Positions 24,870 to 37,692 of a stretch of DNA of 64,000 bases are shown here, one piece after another; position 1 is the stretch's first letter, and each line of letters opens with the position of its first letter. A program made the translations under genes and the position numbers. Location of the stretch: assembly GCF_009914755.1 (NCBI RefSeq), contig NC_060926.1, one strand, 5' to 3'. The notes below the pieces were generated by a model. The model was not told where the DNA came from, did not search any database, and was given only the letters and a program-made list of their open reading frames with translations. The DNA is from the human T2T-CHM13v2.0 reference genome, Homo sapiens.

Positions 24870-27209
24870 AAATGGCTCCCACAGCGCAGAGATTTGTCTG
24901 GCCACTCTCAGCAGTCTGCTCCAGCTCTGACATTTACTTAGACTATGAGGACAGCTTTTTCCCATGGAGCACAGGTAAAGTATGTCCATTATTAAGTTCT
25001 ATAATTTATTTATGTATAATTAGACCTGTCTCCACAGATTGCCTTTTCCTTGGCTTTCCAGTGTCTGATTTTAAAGGCATAGCATGCTTTTACAGGCCAA
25101 AGTGCCTTTTTAAATTTATCAAAAGTGAATTTTAGTGGTTTGGCTGACAAGAACTTATTCAACAGAGAATGGCAATAGGACAAGAGTAATTAAGATAGCA
25201 GGACTTTAAGCAATAATAGCAATAAAGTTCCAATTTTGCGGTTAAAATAGAAGGTTTGCTAATACCGGGTTCTATCACTTAATGATTTGTATTGTTTGTT
25301 TTCTTTCCATGGGTCTATAATTTTATATAAAGAGCTCTACAGGGAGAATGTAATACCTAGAAAAAAGAATTAATAAAAATCTTAAATGATTCCATTATTT
25401 TCAAGAGAAAAATAATTCATTACTATGTATTGGTTGGAAATGACACCAATAATGGCAAGGGAAATATTGTGTGTATTTTGTCTTAACAGGAGAGATTAAA
25501 ATGAAACTTATGAAAAGCTAAACAGAAGCAGAAAGCTTTGGCATGCTTTTTATCCTATTATGATGTATATTTTTAATATATTCACAAGCATACATTCTAT
25601 TTCAAAATTACTTGATTTTAGATATGCCTATGTTTTATTTTAGTTTTGTTCATCTGACTTTTCTCACTTCCCCTTCTTATTTTCTCCTTTCTCCTCTTAT
25701 CCCTTCTCTCACACTTCTCCTTTTACTTCCAAGGTTCAGAATTTGTCTAAGTGTGAACCTCTATGTGTTTATGTACATGTTAAAATGTGTGCTTCTTCAG
25801 AGATCAGCTTTTGGGAATCTACAAGATTCAAGATCAGTGCAGAAGCTGGAATTAGTTGTAAAGAGCAAAAGATGATCTTTGGCAGATAACACCTGAGCAC
25901 AATACTGCCAAGCATGAAAGAACTGATAACTACACTTGACGGACAGCTTTTCCTCAGGTCACTGTGCAAAAGAAACAAAGTGTATAAATTCACTGGTTAG
26001 GATTCTCACCTAACAGCTACCTGCTGATGGCCAATAAAACAGAGAACAAAACAAAAAACATGGCTTGACAAGAATGCCAAAAATACACAATGGGGAAACG
26101 ATAGTCTCTGATTTTTCCTTTACATCAGAACATGTGTTCACCTTGAAATGCCTAGGAAAATAGCCAACTGACACCAGTTATAGAAATTGAGACTGTGACA
26201 GCCAACAACAGCAAGCAACTGATGTTTGTTTTTATCGATGTTTTAACTTTGTTGTTGTTGTTGCCTTCTGTCTTTTAGCAACTTAACAATTATTTTCTGG
26301 ATAAGGTCTTCATTTTCAATTTTTAACATTTTGTCTTTTTCTTTCTATTATAAAAGCACTGTGTGTTCCTTATTAAAATGTAGAAAACAGTGACAAAAGC
26401 AAAAAACTTTTTGAAAAATGATACAACATCCTACCACCTGAAGACAACTGTTTAAATTACTGATTGATGTTTTGACTTATTCTTTGGTATGTTCCGGATG
26501 CTTCCCAACATTCTCTCCTCCAAATAAAACCACTGAGCTCCATAAGGATTAGTTAACTTCATCTCAAGGAGAGACTTTCTCTTACATCAATTTCAGAAAA
26601 AGGAGGGAGATCCACAGGGCAGGATTTTCTGTAGCCTATCCTCCCCCAACTGCCACATAATACAGAAAACAACCAAAAAAGAAAGGGCTGCAATTAGAGG
26701 TAATGCAGGTTTGCTGTTTTATTCATCAGTGAATAAGATAACTTAAAAGCAATGAAGATATATTGAAGCAGAAAGAATATGGTTACCCAACCTACTTTCT
26801 AGGGTACCTCCAGCTGTACTCAGCTCAATCACATAGAAATATAAACTAATTGTCTATCATACCTCAAAAGTATAAGCCTTTATAGCTCCAGAGTTACAAA
26901 ACATTTCATTTGCTTATGTGAAGAAGCTGAGAGGGACAGCTGTACTTCAACAGTCCTACAAAGTGTGCATCCTCCTCCATCCCGCAAGCAAAACAGCAAC
27001 ATCTACTACAGTCCAACAGTCATTGGTCTTACGTTTGTGAGATTAGCAGGATTGGAGGTTATAGCTAAGATTGTGTGACAGCTACCTGAAAGTAACATCT
27101 CTAATATATCTTAATTATATTCATAAGATGTGATCACTGAGACTTCAAACATTTGTTAATTATATTACTGCATTCTCTCTAAAGGTGTCTGGCTTCTTTT
27201 CCAAAGAGA

Positions 27210-27505
27210 AGGGTCTCTGCTCAAATGTAATCTCCTCAGAGAATTCTTCCTTGAATTTCCTGTGTTAAAGTAGGCCACCACCACACACACATCTGCCCAC
27301 TATTACACCACTTGGTTTTAATTTCTTCATAGCACTTATCATCTGAAATTATCTTCTTCATTCAATTGTTTGCTCATTTGTCCCCACTACAATATATGGC
27401 TTATGAAATCAAGGTAGTTGTCTGTGTTATATATCATTGTATGACTAGATGCAATACTTAAAATATTACCTAGAGCATAGTAGGTGCTTGATAAATGTTC
27501 ATTAA
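27210..27505 (+). mobile_element. L2 3' end
   Basis: CTCAAATGTAATCTCCTCAGAGA...CATAGCACTTATCA...GCATAGTAGGTGCTTGATAAATG. Confidence 0.7.
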
Positions 27506-27569
27506 ACCTTAAGTTAAACAAAATTGATGCACGTAAAAACTATATCCTCATTAATTATTTTGTTTTCTT

Positions 27570-28773
27570 TTTCTCCTGCTTAGTATGTTAAAGCCCTCCA
27601 TTTTGATTGTGGAACTGCCTTTTAGTACTATTTTTCTCCGCTTAAATATTAAAGGTATTTTATTACTTGCATACAAATTAAGAGTTGATGCTTTCTTTCT
27701 ACAATGACCATTTTATTAGTATAAAATGTCTTTTAACTTGTCATGCTTGCTGCAAGGAAGTCTTCACTTGTTTGAAATTTATGTTGGAATGCCAGCTTTA
27801 TTTTATTTTGGATTGTATGAATATCTTGCTTCACATTTTCCATTTCAACATCTTTATTTCAGTTGTGTCTCCTGTGAGAAATTTCTCTTTATTTTCTTGT
27901 ATCTGCCTTGATAATCTTTGTCATTTATTTAAAATCTTTAATACACTATGTAATCACTGAACTATCTGGGCTTAAATAACCTGTCTCATTATATGTTATT
28001 TGTCATATTTTTTCTATGCCCCTTTTAACACCTTTTACTTTCTTTTTATTCCTTATACCTTTTTATTATTTTATATTGTTTTGTATTAGGTTGTTACTAC
28101 ACATTATTTTATTGTTTTTAGTAGTTACTCCCGAGATTAAAACATGCATTCTTGATTTATTAATACCTAATACAAATTGGTACAGTTACCATTTCCAAGA
28201 TGTAATAACCTTACAATAACCTTGCATTATCTTCAGTAATATTCTGGTTTCATTAAAATCTCTTCCACCTTTTGTGTTCTTATTATGTGCTTTAATTATC
28301 TACTCCTTTGTTGTGTAGTTTTGTTTTTAATATCTTTATTTTCTGTAATATTGAGTGGGAATTTTGTTGGGTTTAGAATTCTAGCTTGGCAGTTATTTTC
28401 TTTCAGTATTTAAAATGCCTAATTCAATTTTCTTCTGGCTTCCTATGTTTTAATTGAAAAATTGGCGGCCAGTTTTATTGTAGCTTCCATGATAGTAGAT
28501 AGTTGTGTGCATGTGTATGTTTTATTTTCAGTTCCTGCTGCTTTTAAGGTTTTCTAATTTCTTTGCTTTTCAGCAGTTTTATTTTATGTCTAGGTATGAT
28601 TTTCTTTTTATTTATTTTGCTTAGTGTTTGTAGCATTTTTTGAATCATTGTCTTGATGGGTTTCATTATTTTGGAAATATTGTGAACCATTATCCTTTCA
28701 TACATTGCTTCTGTTTAATTATATACATTCTTTTGGGGTCTCCAATTACGTACATGGAAGAACTTTTTGTTGC

Positions 28774-28819
<46 letters not shown>

Positions 28820-29600
28820 GAAACAGAGTCTCACTCTGTTGTCCAGGCTGGAGTCCAGTGGTGCGATCTCGGCTCACTGAAACCTTAGCCTCCCAGGTTC
28901 AAGTGATTTCCTGCCTCAGCCTACCGAGTAGCTAGGATTACAGGCGTGTACCACCACGCCCAACTAACTTTTGTATTTTTAGTAGACGGGGTTTCACCAT
29001 GTTGGCCAGGCTGGTCTCAAATTCTTGAGCTCAAGTGATCTGCCTGCCTCGGCCTCCCAAAGTGTTAGGATTATAGGCATAAGCCACGGTGCCCAGCCTA
29101 AGCAACTAAACTTTTATGTCTCTTAAATTTTTTTCTGTATTTCCCTTCTTTTTATTTTTTTCTTGCTTCAGTCTTGACAACTTCTTCTGATCTAGTTTTC
29201 AGCTTAGTAAGTCTCTCTTTGATTGGATTTAACCTGCTTTAAAACACATTCTTTCTTGAGTATTTAATTTTACATATTATAGATTTCAGTTCTAAATTTC
29301 CATTTGATCTTTTTTCATATGTAACTTCTTGACTACTGGCATTCCTCATATGTTCATTTAATTTTTTTAAACAAATTTCTCAGTTATTTTAAAACTGGTC
29401 CAATATCTGTCTGTACTATGTTTATTATGTTTTTTTATTTATTATTAATTTTCATTCAGTTTTTGCTTTCTTCAAGGTTAACTTTTCTTATCAAATAGCA
29501 GGCATTGTCTGGAATGTTTCTTAAAATGCATGGATAATTTGAGTCTCTAAATCTTGTAACTTTCCTTCAGAGAGTTAAATGTTCATTTATTTTTACTTCT
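27570..29600 (-). mobile_element. Highly diverged L1ME-type fragment, interrupted by an Alu
   Basis: T-rich antisense L1 motifs TTTGTTGGGTTTAGAATTCTAGCTTGGCAGTTATTTTCTTTCAG and TTTCAGTTCTAAATTTCCATTTG. Confidence 0.65.
28766..29098 (-). mobile_element. AluS element with a (GTT)n tail
   Basis: Antisense Alu dimer; tail converted to (GTT)n at ~28769-28820. Confidence 0.95.
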
Positions 29601-30982
29601 GAATCATGGGGTAAGTTAAGTCGAATCTAGAGTCTTTATCTTTGTGATAACTGGAAAATTTTTGATCTCTTACTCTGAAGTGTGCATATCTGGAAAAAAT
29701 CACAAGTCTGAAATGTGAATTTGAGATATTCACCAGGGTCATCTCCTTGTTGGAAGACTCAGAACTTAAATTTTCATTCTCCCACACTCTTCCTTCAGTC
29801 CCAAGGGATGCTCAAAAGTATAAAATAAACAAAACCAATATTTTGTCCAGTGTTTCTGTTTGTTTTAGAAGTTATATTTCAAAACAAGTTCTATAAGACT
29901 GAAATTAAAACTTTCCAAAAGGAAGAGCAATCATTAGCCATCTGGTAAACCTAGCTATCCAGAATGAATCACATCTCTCTGAATTTCAGTGGATCAAGTT
30001 TTTATATCTTTCTATGTGTGTTTGCATTTGAAGAAAAACAAATTTATATGACCTTTGTAATTTAAAAAGCATTTTTCTTAAGAAAATATCTAATTTATTA
30101 CAAAAACAACCCCATGCCCTTGTATAAAATATAAATAGTGTAACGATAAATAGCATGAACATACTATCTGTGTGTGTGTGTGTGCATGTGTGTGTAAGGA
30201 GTTGGTAACTATTAGATTTTCCTGGATTTTGTTTTATTTTATCAGCAATCAAATTCTTATTTTGCCTTTATTTTCAATAGGCATTGTTCACATCCTGGGA
30301 AGCCTATCTATGTTTGCCAAATTCTGGGTGTGGTGTTACTCAATATGTGAAGCCTGTATAGCTTGTTAGAAGAAAATCAATTCTGTCATCAAAGATTGTT
30401 GAGCATTTTTTTTCTTATATAAAATGTTCACAAGTGCATTTTGCAAAAGGGCTAACAATGAAGTATTTTGTCAGTGGAAGACTTTAGGGAATGGAAAGGG
30501 TGTGACAGGGTAAGCAAGCAAGAAGTTCAGACAACGTTTAACCGTAACCCAGCTTACCATTTTAAAGTTCACTGACATGTGAGTGTCTCCTTTTCACCTT
30601 TTTGTTTTTATGCTGTATATGCAAAGAGACAGAGCTCAAAAGTACGCAAAAAGTACTTGTTTCGGACTTTCCTACTACTTATCTAGATAGGAAATAAAAA
30701 AGACATCATACACATTTCAGCTTATTGTGAAGTAAAACATGAAACAAAAGTTGTTTCTCTTATTAAAACTTTTCTTCCTTTTATTTCACAAAATGAAAAC
30801 ATAATATGGTAGGAAGTCGTTGAAACTTGCATTCTGCATTTTTTAAATGAGGAGGAAAGCAATGTGTTTTAACTAATGCAATGGCATAAAGCTTCCAGTT
30901 GAGTCCTGGAATGAGTGAAAGGGAGAGGGAGAAAAATGAGCCAGACAGTGAGACTGCTGAATGCACAGATAGCAAGGAAATG

Positions 30983-30996
30983 GTTTCCTTGGCAAC
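30983..30996. promoter_or_regulatory. Candidate RFX X-box
   Basis: GTTTCCTTGGCAAC against consensus GTTNCCATGGNAAC (one mismatch), in non-repetitive sequence. Confidence 0.35.
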
Positions 30997-33139
30997 AACA
31001 GCACTTTGGAAGGTTTCAGACAAGAGTACAACTAGGCACAAAGTATCTGATTAAAATTTATTGCAGGAAAAGGAAATTGTGTAAGTGTAAAGGTACCAGA
31101 ACATGCACTGTAAATCTGAATGTGATTGCTGAAAATTATTGTGTAGAATTTTTCTAATTGAGATTATTTTCTCTGTTTTGGTATAAAGCAGCATTTGGGA
31201 GGCCATGTCAATCTGGCCAAGTAATGTTTGAAGTATCCAAAGGGCAACTATGCTTCATTTATGACAAAAGAATCAAAATCTACTGACAAAAGCAACAAAG
31301 TGTAGATCTAACACAGCAATTCCATAGACCTATTTTGGGGAACTCCTGATATCTCCTGGAAACTCTCTTAAAAAAAAAAAAAAAAAAAGATAATATTCAG
31401 TCTTCTTCATTTTCAACCATCAAGAATGAGAATTATTATGGGTCATTTTATATGCATTTTAAATGATTCATATCAAGTATTTAATTTCCAAAGTGAAAAT
31501 GGTCATACAGATTGTCATGATAAAAATCTGTTTTATATATAAACTTGTGAAACAGAGCCAACCGATCACCTTGATGGAATTATTTTACTACAATATACGA
31601 TGCTAAAACACTAGTATTCCATCTTCTTGGGCAACTTCCTACTTATCACATTCTACAGGGAAATTGAGGATGAAGAGTTTCGAATCTCTAAAATTTTGCC
31701 AAATCTGGGAGAAAAATTTCAAGTAACTTAGGCTAAAATGAATCCTCAACAACTTTTAAAACAAAACCTACTTTGGTCCACTTGTGGACAGAAAATGTTT
31801 ATTATTATAATTTCATAAAGATCATTCTGTCTTCCAAAGTTATTTGATTGTCACCAACATGCAAGGAAATGCCATCATTCAGTTTACCTCACCTTACCTA
31901 CTGGAAATCATAGGAAGTGGTTAGTGAACTTAATTCATTTTTATTGTGATTGGTGGTAACCAAGTTTTGAGAGAAGTCAGCATGCCTAAACTGTTTAATG
32001 CTAAGTTAATAACTGAAGTGATGTTTCTATAAGTAAATTGACAGTAAGGAAACAATTTCAGTTTTCTCACGTAGAGGTAATGCTTTGTTCAAACACTTGG
32101 AGACTTTTGCTGAAAAGATCCAGGGAAACAGAAAGCATTTCTATGTGATACTTTTGTGCTTATCTAAAACTAATATTAAGAAATTTAAATAAAATGAAAT
32201 GAATGTTTATATTTAATTTGAATTTTGGCTCTTTCGGAAACAAATTCTAGTCAAACTTTTAGCAAAGGATATGGTCCTGAATAATTTAAAATACTCATTC
32301 ATCCCTAATAATCATGGGTATTTCTAAATAGTAAAAAGTGGGAAATAATGTTAAAATATTCTACAGAGCTGTGTATGTGTATCCACATTTCCTTTCATTA
32401 CTTATATTTCTGGTAAATTACATTTGAAAAACCACCAGTGAAAAGACAATGAAATTTCTAATTCAACCTCTTCTGTAATATATTCTGACAAATAAAATGT
32501 TCTAGCCCTTAGGCCTAAATTTTCACTATTAATTATTGAGTTTATTTAAATTCCCATATTAATAGACTACTGTTTTAAGAGAGAATAGTCATCTGCTTGA
32601 GTAGAATCACAAACTTTTTTTTCCATTTAATAAATTTGGTACAATGCACAAGTCATTATTCACCATGCTAATTGCCCTGCAGATGAAAACCTGACTTGTA
32701 TAGAGATAATTACAAGTGTGCAAATTTCTAGTAATTTTCAGCATTATATCTAATTCATTTCATTAAAACTTTATTGAGGACCTACTATGGGCTTAATACT
32801 TCTAGTTGATACTTAGAATCTGAAAAAGAAGTCTAGAGCAAGGACTATGCTCTAAATAAGATTACAATACTCTAATGGGAAAAAAACCATAAATGTCAGA
32901 TTAATTCTATATACTCCATTCTATCATGTCTCTGAGCTTTTTAACACAATACAAGTCAATAATGTACCTAGCCATCAATGTATATTTTAAATGCCACTAT
33001 CTTTATACCTGCAATGATTCATTCAGCTAGACATAGACTTTTTTGTACTATATTTTCCCCCATAGGATTATTCTTGACCTGAATGTCAACAATTCTAATA
33101 TGGGTAGTTATTTTGATATTTTATGATTTAAGAGCAATC

Positions 33140-33390
33140 ATAATTAATGATAATTAATATATAGTCCTTATATGTCAGCTATTTTTGAGTGATTTGCATA
33201 TATTAATGCATTCATTCTCCCAACAATTTTATTTGGTAAGTTCCATTATTACACATTTTGCAGAGGGAGAAAGTTAAGTATAGAAAAGTTAAACATCCTC
33301 CCAAAGTTCCTAATCCTAGAGGATGGTACACTCAGTCTTTGAAGCCCAAAGGTTTGGCTCCTGAAACTATATCCTTAAGTATCACTGCCT
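33140..33390 (-). mobile_element. MIR
   Basis: CATTCATTCTCCCAACAAT...CATTTTGCAGAGGGAGAAAG...AAAGTTAAACATCCTCCCAAAGTT. Confidence 0.55.
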
Positions 33391-33759
33391 GTTCTGACTA
33401 CAAAGTAATGAGTTAATTCTTGGCACAACCCAAATCTGATATAAATCAATGATGCATCTTACAACAATTGGTTTGTTAGCTACAGGGAAATGTGGTATTT
33501 TTCTAATATATTTTTAATACTTAAGTATAATCCAGCTTAAACTTCCCTACTGGACAAAAAATTATTTGTGGACTCTAGAGCATCTTACAAAATTGACAGG
33601 CTCTGCTGATGTTAATGTTTAATAAATATCTATCATATAAGTGAATAAGAAATAATCATGCTAATTATATAATAGCTTGTATATAAAATGTCAAAAGGGA
33701 AGTCAATATTACACAAATTTTGAAAAGTAAATGATGACTAATTAGGCCTGATTTTTAAA

Positions 33760-34330
33760 GGAAAAACGTTAAGAGGAGAACTCATACTTGAACTGGACTT
33801 TGGAGAATTTTTTGGTTTGAATACACAAATAGGATAGGAGAAGGCATTTCTCAAAGGAGAAATGTGTAAGGAAAGATTCAGGGGTAAAATTACATATTCA
33901 GGACTAAATGAACATAACAATTTTGGTAAAGTAAAGGATTCCATTATGGAGATAAACTAGAAGATAAAGACAGAGATAAAGCTGGGAGAAGATGGGTGCA
34001 GTCACTGAGAGGCAAGTAAGGAGTTTACAGTCCGTCAAAGCTGATAGAAGGTACCTACACAAAGTGAGGTTTTAGGATTATTAATCTAGCAGCAATTTGA
34101 AAGAAAGATAAGTTCGACAGTGATTCACCACCTAGAATAGTAAAATAAGTAGCGAGCTAATGAAAACCTGTAAAAAAATGATGACTGTAACAAGACAAAA
34201 GAAGTGACCAATTTAAAAAAAGAAATATACATTTTAAAAGCTAACTATCCTTAGCAATAAGTAGACATAAAGGAAAAATGAAGAATCAAGAACTGAAGAC
34301 AGTTCAGTCAGCAAAGAAGAATGTAGAGAA
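33760..34330 (-). mobile_element. Diverged L2 fragment
   Basis: GA-rich antisense L2-like motifs (GAAGGCATTTC, GTAAGGAGTTTA, TTTTAGGATTATTAATCTAGCAGCA). Confidence 0.45.
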
Positions 34331-34492
34331 ATAAAATGATATTTATAGTCACATGCCCTGGGTCCAATTCTCAATTACTAACTGGAATTTTCAGTAATTT
34401 TTTAATGTTCCTTTGCCTTCCTTGCTTCAAATGTAAAATGGGAACAAAAATGATATTTACTTCATCTGGTGGTTATGAAAACTAGGTAAGAT

Positions 34493-36878
34493 TGAGGGAG
34501 GATAGTAGGGTCTGGAGGCAGGGAACTTCAGGCCAATTGATGCTGAATCAAGGAAAAACACCAAGGTCTCAGGGCAGGGAATCTGAGGCCAATTCGTGCT
34601 GACTTCCCAAAATTGGATCAAAAGGAAAACACTTGGGTTTGAGGAATGGAACCCAAGGCCAGTTAATACAAACTTCCTAAAGCTAAACCAAAAGGAAAAA
34701 AAAAAACCCTACACTGAATAACAAAGGATCAAAGACTACTCTCCCTACAGCACGTCCCCTTCCTCCACATCTCAGATGGAAATGGAGAGTGCCTTGGACT
34801 GGCCCTTGGCCAAGCAGGGACAATATCTTCATATGTACAGGGCACCAATTCACCTCAGCCTTCAGTTAGCCACAGACCAAATCCTTCATCCACATAAGAG
34901 GTAACCAATAGGAACCTCAAAATGAGTACCTAAAATCCAGAGAACTTTGTAACTGTGATGGAGGCAGGGGCCATCTGGAGCAGCCACCACTGGGATGGCC
35001 AGCTGCAGCAAGGGAGGGGCAGCCAAGACTGTGTACTCCATGGAGCCAGTGGGAACCAGGAACCGGAGGGAGCCCTCCTCCCTACAAAGTTGGCGGGGCA
35101 GGAGCTCGGTGCTCTCAGGCACAGATGCAGCTGTCCAGCCATGGCTTTGGACCCAGGCATCCATGTGCTCTCAGGGGCCCAGAAAGTCCCCTGCCCCTGC
35201 AGATTCAAAAGTGCCTATTCCCACTCCCTGGCCTCTCCCTGCTCCTGGTGCCCACTCTGGTGCAGAGAGAAGTTGTGGCTGAGCCTGGGCTCTGTTGTAA
35301 CATGGCCAGGTGTGTGCTCACTTCGGGTGGCACTGACACATCAGCCCCGTGCCTCCTTGGTCCCCTCCAGACTTTGGGTGCCAACGAGCTTGGGAGGGAG
35401 GCCAGGAGGCTGAGGGCAGCATGGCTCAGGCCAACAGGTGTCCCTCAGCACAGACAGCCTGGCCACTGTGGACAGCATGTTGAGGATGGCAGGAGGCAGA
35501 CAGGTTCCTAGGTGGGAAAGGGAGAGTCCCCAGTGAAGCTCCACCTTCAAGCCAGAGACTGCCTGAAGTCTGGGTGCCAGGCTGCCAGTTTCAGGTGGAG
35601 TCTGTGACCCAGAGTGAGGATTTATGGTGCCTTTTCCTGGGCCACCCATGGCTGCTAATTGACCAATCAGCACACTCTTCCTGCCTTCTGAGCCCATAAA
35701 ATCCATGGACTCAGCCAGCTTCAGATGCTCCTTGGGACGACCTGCTTGTCGATAGGAGCTACCCACTTCATGTCTTCAGAGAGCTGTTCTGTCACTCAAT
35801 AAAGCTCCTCTCTGCCTTGGTCACCCTCCAGTTGTCTGTGTAACCTCATTCTTCCTGGATGCAGGACAAGAACTTGGGATCCACCAAACAGCAGGAGCCA
35901 AAGAAGCTGTAATATATTCCTGGCTGGCTTATGGAGCTTCAGACAGTGACACACTCCCAGACTGTGGGAATGAAGAATGGTGATACTTCAGGGGGTGCAG
36001 ACCTTGGGATTCCCTGAGCCACAGATGCAGTAACACTATAGCTCTCTTGTCCTCTGCTGCCACCAGGCAGCCACCCAACACAACAGGAGAAATGAGACTG
36101 AAAGAGCAGTAACAGAAATGAGCTGAAACACACCCCCACAAAACATTCCCTTTCTCTGCTTGCCACACTGTGGGTGATGAGGAGAGAAGACCTGCAGACC
36201 TTCTGGAAGCAGAGCTGGGGGCTCCCTAAGCCAGGGCTGTGACATGCTGTAATACCCTTTTGAGGCTCTGCAGTTCCTGACATCTCTGAACAATCTGGCA
36301 CCATCACGTCCCCCTTGTCCAGGTGCTGGTCCCTGCAGCAGAAGCTGCTTGAGGTATGTCTGGTTCAGTTGCAACCTAGCACAGAGCCAGCACCTGTGTC
36401 AGTGCCTGTGCTGCCCGCCCTGCCGCAGCATCCAGCGTGCCTGGTTGTGCAAGGTGGCTAGACCCCATGCTCACTCGCTCACATACCCTTTGCTGCTCTG
36501 CACCTGGCTTGTCCGCTTGTCCTTGGCAGGCATGGGATCTGGGCCAGTAGCTCAAGCTGAGTGCAGCCTTCCTGGCTGAGTGGGTAGAACGAGCCCAGTG
36601 GGCACAAGGAAAACCCAAGCAGAGGTGGCACCGGCCACAGAAGTTTCTAACTGGTGAAGACACCCTAAGGCAGGGCTGTGACAACTGTGCCTTTGAGCTG
36701 CTTGTTCAGGCCCACTCCCACCCTGTAGAGTGCTTTCTCACTTTAATAAATTCCCCTTTTGCTGCTTTGTTCCTGTGTTTCATTTCTTTGTTACTTTGAT
36801 TGTGCATTTTGTCCAATTCTTTGTTCAAAACAGGAAGGACCTGGACATCTCACACTCAGTGCCCTCCTTCCGGTAACA
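34493..36878 (+). mobile_element. MER51-family ERV1 solo LTR, split by MER52
   Basis: TGAGGGAGGATAGTAGGGTCTGGAGGCAGGGAAC...CCGGTAACA; TSD AGAT at 34489-34492 and 36879-36882; homologous to 11779-12476. Confidence 0.9.
34956..36683 (+). mobile_element. MER52 ERV1 solo LTR
   Basis: TGATGGAGGCAGGGGCCATCTGGAGCAGCC...CTGTGACA; GC-rich; CCAATC, CATAAAA and AATAAA present; TSD ACTG at 34952-34955 and 36684-36687. Confidence 0.88.
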
Positions 36879-37547
36879 AGATGATACGTGTAAACTCCTT
36901 AACATAGTGTCTAGCAGGTAGGGAACACTCAACAGCTACTAACATATATCTTACTATTAACTTAGTATTAAATTACTAAAAAAATTCCTAATATTGTTCT
37001 ACTGATTTGAGCCTAAATGACTCAAAAACATGACAGCTAAATGGGCTTCTAAATGAAGGCTGTTTAGAGCGAAAGATAATATTCTAAATATTTTTATTTT
37101 CAAATAATTATTAAGGAACTTGGAAATCACACCAAGAAGTTAAGAACAAGCAATAAGAAGAGAATTTTTAAATAAATCTTTTTGGGTTGAGCTGAAATAA
37201 AAGCATTGGTCATTATTCCTACGATGGCTCAGAAAGCACAGTCAAAAGGATCTTCTCAAATTCTGTAAGCCAGACCATTTTCTGCCTTTAGCGTGCTACC
37301 CTAAATCTGGATTGTTTTTGTGGAGACTAACAACCTGACAATGTGGTATATAATTTCAGTACAGGACATATGATCCTTGAAGCCAAGGGAATTTCAGAAT
37401 ATATACATCAATACATTATAGGAGACAAACATAAGAAATATTCACTGGACTGTAAGCTCCATGGGAGCAGACACTGTGTCTGTTCTATTCAAAATTAGAT
37501 ACCCCAAAAGATGCCTGCACTCAACAAGCAGATTTTGAGTGAATAAT

Positions 37548-37692
37548 ATTTTTTTCTTTTTTTATTGTATTATTATTATACTTTAAGTTTTAGGGTACAT
37601 GTGCAAAATGTGCAGGTTAGTTACATATGTATATATGTGCCATGCTGGTGTGCTGCACCCATTAACTCGTCATTTAGCATTAGGTATCTCTC
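37548..37692 (-). mobile_element. 5'-truncated young L1 (L1PA2/PA3) 3' end
   Basis: TATACTTTAAGTTTTAGGGTACATGTGC...CCCATTAACTCGTCATTTAGCATTAGGTAT; carries the GAG diagnostic rather than the L1HS-Ta ACA. Confidence 0.9.

Larger units (their letters stand above)
34340..36950 (+). mobile_element. MIR split by the MER51/MER52 insertion (pieces ~34340-34492 and ~36879-36950)
   Basis: ATGTAAAATGGGAAC...GGTTATGAAAACTAGGTAAGAT joined to GATACGTGTAAACTCCTTAACATAGTGTCTAGCA rebuilds the MIR 3' part. Confidence 0.65.

Noticed and set aside
28640-28888. Poly-valine ORF
   Set aside because: It is the translation of the (GTT)n Alu tail.
34886-36684. Multiple 76-152 aa ORFs on both strands
   Set aside because: All lie within the GC-rich MER52/MER51 LTRs and show no protein-family signature.
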